A stretch of DNA of 32,509 bases, from the IMG/VR virus record IMGVR_UViG_3300045988_111917; one strand, written 5' to 3'. This DNA is from a virus. Below the pieces are notes generated by a model. It made no database searches, had not been told where the DNA came from, and saw nothing but the letters and a program-made list of their open reading frames with translations. A program made the position numbers and the translations under genes. Shown piece after piece: positions 14,424 through 21,218 of the stretch. Position 1 is the stretch's first letter. Every line of letters begins with the position of its first letter.

Positions 14424-15082
14424 TCCCGAAACCGACACGCGCGAGGCCTCACCGCACGCCTTGCCATTTGCGCCGACGAGGGCGAACGGGTCATAGTCCC
14501 ATCTGAGAGCCATTCTTTGGGGCCTTGGACGGTCTTTCACGCCAAACCTTAATACTTTTACCTCCCGGCGCTGAAAGGCCCTCAGAGACGCCTTAATTCG
14601 ATTCGGACGGATGCCACGCCTCCGACAGATATGCGGCCATGGCTATCGCGCGGTCCGCCGCCCGTCCATCGACGGCCCATTTGCGTGACGCCGCTGTCGA
14701 ACGCCGGCGCGCGACGCCGCCAATCGAATTCCAGTGCGACACCGAACGTCGGTTGTGGACGGCCATGTGCGAAGGCGGCTCGCATCCCATCGCGGCCATG
14801 TGGTTGAGTGGCCGACTCGGTGGAATGCCGCGTCGATGTCTTGGTTTAGGCGAATTTCCAACGCTTGGCCTGTGGATAACTCAAGTTAGGGGTTATAAAT
14901 TCTGTGATGGAATTGTGAAGAGGCTTCGTGCTGAGGTGCGAATGTGACGAAAATCACAGTAATTTCGGGGTCAAATGGTCACATAATTTTTTGACTTTCG
15001 ATGCGTCATAGTGTATCACGCGTGCGCACGAGGCTGGCCCTCCCAAAGCCCAATAAGTGTAGTGTGTAAGTGTAGGTATATA

Positions 15083-15106
15083 TGGTGGTGGTGGTGGTGG
15101 TGGTGG
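15083..15106. repeat. (TGG)8 trinucleotide microsatellite
   Basis: tggtggtggtggtggtggtggtgg. This is the source of the artefactual poly-Val ORF 15082..15282. Confidence 0.95.
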
Positions 15107-15156
15107 CCTCTATATATATAAGAGGCGCGCACGCGCGCACACGCGCGCGTATACAC
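15107..15156. repeat. CCTCT-(AT)n-AGAGG hairpin followed by a 32-nt perfectly alternating purine/pyrimidine tract (Z-DNA-prone)
   Basis: cctctatatatataagagg, then gcgcgcacgcgcgcacacgcgcgcgtatacac (15125-15156) alternating R/Y without interruption. Confidence 0.9.
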
Positions 15157-15186
15157 CACTACCAGCATGGTTGTCAAGTCGTGTCA
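15148..15186 (-). promoter_or_regulatory. Possible fourth leftward promoter sharing the GACACG-GAC-TTGACA upstream module
   Basis: The - strand reads GTGACACGAC TTGACA (15177-15172), 18 nt, TATACG. An A/T-rich tract lies upstream. The -10 is poor and no ORF follows. Confidence 0.3.
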
Positions 15187-15206
15187 CATAAAAAGGGCAA
15201 AAAAAA

Positions 15207-15312
15207 AACCCTAGAACACTCGCCTACGCATCCTACGGACCACAAGGAGACTGGAAACCAGATGATTTCCGAAACACCGTAGTTGCGAACTCTTGGCGAG
15301 TGTGCTAGGGTT
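15207..15312. repeat. 18-bp inverted repeat (15207-15224 / 15295-15312, 17/18) separated by 70 nt
   Basis: AACCCTAGAACACTCGCC ... GGCGAGTGTGCTAGGGTT. The left arm is preceded by A10 (15199-15208). The right arm covers the spacer and -10 of the primase promoter. Confidence 0.85.
15283..15311 (+). promoter_or_regulatory. Candidate rightward promoter for the primase-helicase operon
   Basis: TTGCGA (15283-15288), 17 nt, TAGGGT (15306-15311; TANNNT type), 42 nt before ATG 15354 with SD GAAGGAG. Confidence 0.5.
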
Positions 15313-15353
15313 GGATTACCAACAAAAACAACTATACCACGAAGGAGACGACC

Positions 15354-17609
15354 ATGTGTCACACATTCCGCAAGCCGCAAGACCCGCCAGCGCTCAACAT
15401 CCAGCCGTACCGGAACATCCCCAACGGCCTCGCCCGTGAGGTCAACGGCCTCACCGTGGCCGCCCCGACCAGCCCATACACGTTCACCGACGCGCGGCTC
15501 CAAACCGTCGCCATGCCCGTCATGGACAAAACCGGCAAGCCACGCTGGGACGACGCGTATTACGACGCATTCTGGTCGCTCAGAAACGGAGACCTGCGCC
15601 TCGACGAAAGCGGCGACACCATGTTCGCCCGCGACACCAACTGGCTTGGCGGCGACATGCCCAACACGTGGCATCCAATCAGCAGCCTAGCCGAAGAATT
15701 CAGCTTCCCCACCGGAAGCCGCGCCGTCCGCAACCTCGAACCCATGTTCCGCGCCGAAGCACTCAAACTGCCCCGCCTCGTCCGCGGAATGCGGTTCGGC
15801 GACACCGCCTTCCACCCACAAGGCAAGCGCAGCGTCATGGTCGGCGAAGCCGACGACAACGGCGCATACCTGTACGTGGACGACAGCCCATGGCTGAACG
15901 ACAGCAAGAAAACCGCCAAAATCGTCGAACAGGCCAACAAGTTCATCGCCCAGCTCACCGCCGACGACGCGAGCCGCGAAAACCTCCTCCGCATGTTCGC
16001 CACCCCCTTCCTCGAACCGTACAAGCATCTCTTCTACGTGTTCTACGGACACGGCGGCGACGGCAAAAGCTTCCTCCTCGGACGCTTGGGCGACGCCTAC
16101 CCCGACAAGGCCAGCGGTATCGCCATCAAAGCCCTCAACTCGCCCAGCGTGTTCGAAAGCGGCAACGAAGCGTTGAAACTCGACGGCCGCTACTGGGTGT
16201 ACGACGAGGAAGGCGACATGCTCACCGACAAGGACATGGGCATCATCAAACGCGTCGCCACCGGCGACACCATCCACGCGCGCAGCGTCGGCCGCAACAG
16301 CGTCAACGTGCGCTCGCAGGCCACGCTCGTCATCGCAAGCAACCATCCATTGGCGACCAGCAACGGCGACGCCAACATGCGCCGCCTCGTGCCCGTCATG
16401 TTCGCCGGACGCAAAACCCCACAGCAGATGCAGCCGCTCGCCGACTTCATCGACCAGTACGGCATGACCCCGTTCATGCTCGCGAGCGCCATGCTCTGGG
16501 CCGACAAGCCGTTGGACGACGACATCCACCGCGACATCAGCTTCAACGACAGCGAACAGGAGCTGGACGAACGCGCCATGTGGATAGTCAACGAAATCTG
16601 CGAGAACGGATACGCCGACACGCGCGCCTGCCCGTACCTCGGCCACACCAGCGGCGACACGTACAAGATGCTCGGCGTCGGCCTGCGCAGCAAGCGCATC
16701 GACGGAAAGGTCTGCTCCGTCCGCGTCGTAATCGACGAAGACCGCTTCGCCCCCTACCGCGAACGCTACGAGCAGGAGATTAACGAAAGCCGTCTTCCAC
16801 TGCTTGAAGATCTGCCCGTGCCCGAAGCCCAGACCGACATGGAACGTCGTCTCATCGAAGACGGCGAAATCGTCAACGTCAAAGCGCCCGAAGGCTTCAA
16901 GCTCCACAAGGAGCCGACCGACCCGGACAATCCGAAAGCCGTCCGCAACTGGAAGAACGGCAAGCAGGAAGACGCGGTGGAAATCGGCCAAGGAGACGTG
17001 TACGCCGTCATCCCCCAACCCGGCAGCATCATCATCGACATGGACGCGCCAAAGGACGACCACAGCCGCCACGGATACAACATCCTCCGCCCCACGCTCA
17101 CCCCGACCCTCATGGTGCATACGCCCACGCACGGCGGCATCCACGCCTACTATCGACTCCCCGAAGGCTGGACAGGCAAGCTCAAGAACACCAACCATGC
17201 AGACGGAATCCCAGTGGACGTGAAGGTGGATGGGCGCGGATACGTGCTCGGCGCCGGTTCCAACATCGATGGCGTCGGATTCTATGAGCTGGTAGGCGAC
17301 GAGACTGACGTGCAGGAGGCGCCAATCGAACTGCTCAACTGGCTCGTCGAACACGGATACGGCGTCGAACCCATGTCGAAACCGTCTACGGCAAAGGAGA
17401 GCGCTCCACGCAACGGACGTCCAGACCTCACGCCAGTGCCCGAAGGACGCCGCAACGACACGCTCTACAGGTGGGCTTGGGGACGCCTCCACAACCATGA
17501 GGACAACGAAGCCAACATCCACGACGAACTCGTGCTACGCGGCCACGTCAGCGGACTCGGAGACACCGAAATCGAACGCATCTGGAAGAGCGTGAAGGAA
17601 ACCGCGTGA
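15354..17609 (+). CDS. Primase-helicase: SF3 (P4/D5-type) helicase followed by an AEP Prim-Pol domain and PriCT-1
   Basis: Walker A GHGGDGKS (aa 232-239), Walker B WVYDEE, motif C VIASN. Then the AEP motifs IIIDMD (aa 559-564), THGGIHAYY and VDVKVDGRGYVLGAGS. Then PriCT-like GRRNDTLYRWAWG. Confidence 0.85.
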   Translation: MCHTFRKPQDPPALNIQPYRNIPNGLAREVNGLTVAAPTSPYTFTDARLQTVAMPVMDKTGKPRWDDAYYDAFWSLRNGDLRLDESGDTMFARDTNWLGGDMPNTWHPISSLAEEFSFPTGSRAVRNLEPMFRAEALKLPRLVRGMRFGDTAFHPQGKRSVMVGEADDNGAYLYVDDSPWLNDSKKTAKIVEQANKFIAQLTADDASRENLLRMFATPFLEPYKHLFYVFYGHGGDGKSFLLGRLGDAYPDKASGIAIKALNSPSVFESGNEALKLDGRYWVYDEEGDMLTDKDMGIIKRVATGDTIHARSVGRNSVNVRSQATLVIASNHPLATSNGDANMRRLVPVMFAGRKTPQQMQPLADFIDQYGMTPFMLASAMLWADKPLDDDIHRDISFNDSEQELDERAMWIVNEICENGYADTRACPYLGHTSGDTYKMLGVGLRSKRIDGKVCSVRVVIDEDRFAPYRERYEQEINESRLPLLEDLPVPEAQTDMERRLIEDGEIVNVKAPEGFKLHKEPTDPDNPKAVRNWKNGKQEDAVEIGQGDVYAVIPQPGSIIIDMDAPKDDHSRHGYNILRPTLTPTLMVHTPTHGGIHAYYRLPEGWTGKLKNTNHADGIPVDVKVDGRGYVLGAGSNIDGVGFYELVGDETDVQEAPIELLNWLVEHGYGVEPMSKPSTAKESAPRNGRPDLTPVPEGRRNDTLYRWAWGRLHNHEDNEANIHDELVLRGHVSGLGDTEIERIWKSVKETA

Positions 17610-17902
17610 CGAATCCAGTCGGACGCCTGTGTGGCACCGGCGCACGGCATGGGGCGGATGTGACAATCCGCCCCACCGGACGCGGACTGGCATGCGATTT
17701 CGAGTGCCCGCGATGCGGGCGGACGCTCGCCGCATGTCATGTGACCAAAAACGGCCGCATCATGTTCGGTTGTCGGGCTAGAATAAGAACCACGCGCATT
17801 GTTGGACTGGCATGCGCAATCATCGGAAAAACACTAGTGAAGGAGCACGAATGCGAGACACGTTCACCGCAATCGCATACGGGGCAATCGCCATCATGCT
17901 GA
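17606..17902 (+). CDS. Possible small Cys-rich (zinc-ribbon) protein
   Basis: GTG overlaps the primase stop (GTGA). Contains CDFECPRCGRTLAACHVTKNGRIMFGC. The 3' 52 nt overlap the next gene, so the true extent is uncertain. Confidence 0.4.
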   Translation: MTNPVGRLCGTGARHGADVTIRPTGRGLACDFECPRCGRTLAACHVTKNGRIMFGCRARIRTTRIVGLACAIIGKTLVKEHECETRSPQSHTGQSPSC

Positions 17903-18060
17903 CCATCATGTTCGCATGGGCATGGTACGCCGAATATGCGAACACGCCAGTGCATTACACGACGATTCAAACCGTTGACGAAGGCGGATTTGAACACGAC
18001 TGCCTAGTCGCGACCTACAAGAAGGACATGGCACTTGACTGCACCAATCCAAACGATTGA
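17851..18060 (+). CDS. Small membrane protein (69 aa)
   Basis: ATG 17851 lies 5 nt after GAAGGAG. MRDTFTAIAYGAIAIMLTIMFAWAWY is a TM helix. Confidence 0.6.
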   Translation: MRDTFTAIAYGAIAIMLTIMFAWAWYAEYANTPVHYTTIQTVDEGGFEHDCLVATYKKDMALDCTNPND

Positions 18061-18232
18061 AAACCAAGCCCGCTCAATCCAAGAAGAACTCGGACGGCAC
18101 CTCGCCGCACTGCCAGACGACTTCGACAATCCGAAGACGCTGAAAGCGCGGATGGACCTGCGCAGGGCGTATAATGCTGCTACGGACATCATGGAACTCA
18201 CGATGCGGTTAAGATTGGAAAGACTGGTATGA
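18035..18232 (+). CDS. Hypothetical helical protein (65 aa)
   Basis: TTG start 8 nt after GAAGGA. Its stop overlaps the next ATG (ATGA). Confidence 0.5.
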   Translation: MTAPIQTIENQARSIQEELGRHLAALPDDFDNPKTLKARMDLRRAYNAATDIMELTMRLRLERLV

Positions 18233-18717
18233 ACTTCAAACGACACTTGAGTCAGCGAATCCGACTAATGGAAGGAGTGGAACCGGATGCGACCGGTACC
18301 GGAATGGGAGGCCCTGAAGGCTCGTCTGGAAGCGCAGCGGCCTCGACACAGCAGGAGCCGACAATCACCCAAGCCCAGCTCGACGCCATCATCAGCCGAA
18401 AGCTCGCCAAGGAGCGCGAAAAGCTCGAAGCAGCCAAGAAAGCAGCCGAAGACGCCCGAAAACTAGCCGAGGAAACCGAGAAGCGCGTCAACGAGGCCCG
18501 TGAGAAGGGCATCAGCCTCGGCCTGTTGCAGGCGAAACGCAACGCCATCGCAGAACAGTACGGGCTGAGCGCCGAACTCCTGCCTGAAGACGAGACGCGA
18601 CTCGACGAGTTCGAAAAGCAGCTCGCGGCAAGCATCAACAGCCGCACGCGCGTCACGCCAGTGACCGTCGAACCGGCCACCAAGACCCCCGACTGGATGG
18701 GCGCCGCACATGCGTGA
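18229..18717 (+). CDS. Capsid scaffolding protein (DUF4355-like)
   Basis: ITQAQLDAIISRKLAKEREKLEAAKKAAEDARKLAEE is the FTQEE.D.I...RLARE-type scaffold motif, followed by a long charged coiled coil. Confidence 0.7.
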   Translation: MNFKRHLSQRIRLMEGVEPDATGTGMGGPEGSSGSAAASTQQEPTITQAQLDAIISRKLAKEREKLEAAKKAAEDARKLAEETEKRVNEAREKGISLGLLQAKRNAIAEQYGLSAELLPEDETRLDEFEKQLAASINSRTRVTPVTVEPATKTPDWMGAAHA

Positions 18718-18907
18718 CATCCGAATCCTCGGCATGGTGATGCGCGATGAAAACGTTCCGGCGACCCTCTCAATCATCGACGATGATGTGGTGGTGAGCT
18801 CACCCGTGGAGTTGGATGAAAACGAGAAGGACAAGATGGTAAAACGTTTTGCCGAACGTATCCTACAGCTGGGACTCGGGCTGCACGACTGGAAGGAAAA
18901 GAATTGA
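18710..18907 (+). CDS. Hypothetical protein (65 aa)
   Basis: Tightly coupled ORF between the scaffold and connector genes. Confidence 0.55.
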   Translation: MRDIRILGMVMRDENVPATLSIIDDDVVVSSPVELDENEKDKMVKRFAERILQLGLGLHDWKEKN

Positions 18908-19323
18908 CCGACGAACTGAAGCCGCTCGCCACCGTCGAAGACACCGAAGCGTACCTCCGCCACAAAGTGCCCATCGACCTCGTGGACTATGAGGAACGCA
19001 AACGCGGAGCCGCATCCAACGTGCTCCGCATGATGTACCGCAACCAAGGCGACGATTTGGACAAGCAGGTCGCGGAAGACCCGCTCACCCGCCAAATGGT
19101 CGCGGACATCATCGGCGTCAGCGTCGCACAGGACGTGAGCCGCAAGGAATCCATGTCCGAAAGCGACACCGACCTGAGCGCGTTCAAAACGTTCACCCAA
19201 ACGGCGGGCGGCTACAGTTTCACCGGCGAATGGCGAGGCAACACGGATGACGTGTTCTTTACCAACAACCAGCTCAAACAACTGGGCGTCGGACGCGCCA
19301 CCATAGCAAGGTTCCAACTCTGA
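18904..19323 (+). CDS. Head-tail connector (gp6/Gp19-like adaptor)
   Basis: N-terminal LATVEDTEAYLR and C-terminal FFTNNQLKQLGVG are typical of actinophage head-to-tail adaptor proteins. Position in the connector block agrees. Confidence 0.65.
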   Translation: MTDELKPLATVEDTEAYLRHKVPIDLVDYEERKRGAASNVLRMMYRNQGDDLDKQVAEDPLTRQMVADIIGVSVAQDVSRKESMSESDTDLSAFKTFTQTAGGYSFTGEWRGNTDDVFFTNNQLKQLGVGRATIARFQL

Positions 19324-19631
19324 TGCACTACGGACTCAAAACGCACGAAATCACCGTCACCACCGGCGACAGCCAACACACGGTCAAAGGCATCGTGACC
19401 ACGAACACCACAAGCGAAGACACCGGCACGTTTGACAACATGACCGAAGTTGACTCGCTCACCATCCACGTCACCACGCCGGACACGCCGCCTGAAATCG
19501 TCGGCGGCGAACTCGAATACTATGGGAACACCTACCACGTCACCTCAATCAAACCGCCGATAGACCCCGAAAACAAGGTGATGTTCAACCCGTTCAAATG
19601 GAGTTTCAACGCGAAGCAGGTGCAATACTGA
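19323..19631 (+). CDS. Head closure / head-tail joining protein (putative)
   Basis: 102-aa ORF with a TGATG overlap. Size and position in the connector block. Confidence 0.55.
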   Translation: MHYGLKTHEITVTTGDSQHTVKGIVTTNTTSEDTGTFDNMTEVDSLTIHVTTPDTPPEIVGGELEYYGNTYHVTSIKPPIDPENKVMFNPFKWSFNAKQVQY

Positions 19632-19903
19632 TGGCAAGACTGAAAGGCGCCAAAATCATGGTCGCCGCACCGAACGCGGCGACCAACATCGTGATGCAGT
19701 CGGCGGGATTCCAACAGGAGTCACGCCGCGTCGCATCACGAATCATGCCACAGCTGCGAATGGACTCATACAGGGGCAAACCGCCATCCATGACCACATA
19801 CCGCACGCTTGGTAGTTTCAAAGGGACCCGCCGAGCCGGAACGGAAATCAAATACTACAAGACGCCACATTCCGGCGACACGCTGAAAGGATCCGGACTG
19901 TGA
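19631..19903 (+). CDS. Tail-completion (HK97 gp10-like) protein (putative)
   Basis: ATG 19631 overlaps the upstream stop by 1 nt. 90 aa, MARLKGAKIMVAAPNAATNIV.... Assigned by position. Confidence 0.5.
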   Translation: MARLKGAKIMVAAPNAATNIVMQSAGFQQESRRVASRIMPQLRMDSYRGKPPSMTTYRTLGSFKGTRRAGTEIKYYKTPHSGDTLKGSGL

Positions 19904-20277
19904 GCAAAGACAATGAAATCGTCAACGACATCATCAACGGATTGTCCCAGCGCCTCAACATGCGCGTATACGACAAGTATCCGACCGTGAAAACCACCGG
20001 CCAGTATCCGCTCATCATCGTCACACGACAGAACGCGTCCGACATCACCCCATACATCCGACACTTGGACATCGCCATAACCGTGGTGACACGCGAACTC
20101 TCAGGCGGAACCGACAACACGCTCAGCGCCGAAATCGGCGACGCGCTCACCGACTGGTACAACCAGAGCCTGTGGGACATCATGGGCGCCCCACTGCTCA
20201 ACACCACCGACGCCCAGCCGACCAAAGACGGACGCGCATCCACCGTCTACGACTACCAGTTGGAGTACTTGAGTTGA
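19900..20277 (+). CDS. Tail terminator / tail-completion protein (DUF3168-like)
   Basis: RVYDKYPTVKTTGQYPLIIVT resembles the vyd..P......P.vv motif. Position agrees. Confidence 0.55.
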   Translation: MSKDNEIVNDIINGLSQRLNMRVYDKYPTVKTTGQYPLIIVTRQNASDITPYIRHLDIAITVVTRELSGGTDNTLSAEIGDALTDWYNQSLWDIMGAPLLNTTDAQPTKDGRASTVYDYQLEYLS

Positions 20278-20777
20278 AAAGCACACAGGAGTCGGTCGAA
20301 GACCTCATGGAAATACTCTCACCGGCCGCTAAAGACATCATCACCGACGAACAGGTGCGACAAGCCCAAGCCGCCGCGGCAAGCGGAGACAAGCATATGG
20401 CCGGCAAAGTCTTGGGAGACATCTGGAAGCAGGTCGCTGAAAAATCCGCTGGACTAGGCTTGGAACGGCTCGACTCCGACAGTTTCGGCAGGAAAATCGG
20501 ATGGCTCATAAGCCAACAGCGTTCCGAAAAGACGGTCAGGGATTTCCTTGCGAAATACAAGCGCGAACTGGCCGTGCAGCCGATGCAGGAGGCGACCTCC
20601 AACCTGTTCGCCCTCGACTCGACAACCGAAGTCGTGCGCGAATCTGTGGGCGAAACATGCCGATGGTGTCTCGAACGGTGCGGAATATGGCATCCATACG
20701 ACGCGAACCATTACGGCGTCTGGGCGAGACACGCCGGATGCGACTGCAAAATCTACGTAAGGAACAGCCTCACATGA
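20274..20777 (+). CDS. MuF-like minor head protein
   Basis: C-terminal ETCRWCLERCGIW......HAGCDCKI is the Mu-F/SPP1 gp7 C..C...G....H..C.C signature. TTG 20274 overlaps the upstream stop; alternative ATG at 20307. Confidence 0.65.
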   Translation: MKSTQESVEDLMEILSPAAKDIITDEQVRQAQAAAASGDKHMAGKVLGDIWKQVAEKSAGLGLERLDSDSFGRKIGWLISQQRSEKTVRDFLAKYKRELAVQPMQEATSNLFALDSTTEVVRESVGETCRWCLERCGIWHPYDANHYGVWARHAGCDCKIYVRNSLT

Positions 20778-20923
20778 CGCCAACCATCAACAACGCCGAC
20801 CCACAATACGTCGAAAGTCCGACGCGCCGCGCCATCGTGAAAACCGAAATGGTACGATGGTATCGAGAACAACGCCGCCAAATGGCCGAACAGTTAAGGA
20901 GGATTTATGGCAGGGAAGACTGA
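20774..20923 (+). CDS. Small basic protein (49 aa), hypothetical
   Basis: ATGA overlap with the MuF-like gene. MTPTINNADPQYVESPTRRAIVKTEMVRWYREQRRQMAEQLRRIYGRED. Confidence 0.5.
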   Translation: MTPTINNADPQYVESPTRRAIVKTEMVRWYREQRRQMAEQLRRIYGRED

Positions 20924-21218
20924 AGAATCCCTCTCAAGCCGCATGGAACAGGTCAACGGACTCATCGACAAAGCCTACTCGGATATGGAAGAGTACGGGC
21001 GGAAAGCCGAAACACCCGACGATGACCGCGAATACTATATGAGCATGGCAAGCAACGCGCAGAGAAACTACGTCAGCTTCATGCAGCTGCTCATGACCAT
21101 GACCAAAAACTTCGACGAAGCGGTGAAAGTCGATTCGCACAAAAGCAAGACCACCGCCACGAAAGCGCCGAAAACCACTCTTCAGAAACTAATCGCAAAG
21201 GAAGCGAAACGCTCATGA
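20907..21218 (+). CDS. Hypothetical helical protein with basic tail (small-terminase candidate, unproven)
   Basis: 103 aa with SD AAGGAGGA. No recognisable motif. No other TerS candidate was seen upstream of TerL. Confidence 0.5.
   Translation: MAGKTEESLSSRMEQVNGLIDKAYSDMEEYGRKAETPDDDREYYMSMASNAQRNYVSFMQLLMTMTKNFDEAVKVDSHKSKTTATKAPKTTLQKLIAKEAKRS

Noticed and set aside
14639-14947. 102-aa plus-strand ORF and the 67-72-aa minus-strand ORFs in the hub, considered as real genes
   Set aside because: There are no ribosome-binding sites, the frames mutually overlap, and the plus-strand translation is Arg/Ala-rich noise. They are kept only as a possible decayed gene in the findings.
15082-15282. 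66-aa ORF beginning MVVVVVVVASIYI
   Set aside because: The poly-Val is simply the (TGG)8/(GTG)7 microsatellite, and the rest crosses the alternating R/Y tract and A10. It has no SD and no protein-like composition.
15687-17522. 611-aa ORF on the minus strand (plus 15668..16783 and others) inside the primase-helicase gene
   Set aside because: It is antisense or out of frame to a gene with clear Walker and AEP motifs. The translation is low-complexity (Val/Ala/Gly/Arg-rich) with no start context. Such shadow ORFs are typical of GC-rich DNA. The same reasoning rejects 1483..2466(-), 3361..4257(-), 6028..6780(+), 12798..13547(+), 24360..25328(-), 27219..28166(-), 28118..29089(-) and 29282..30220(-).
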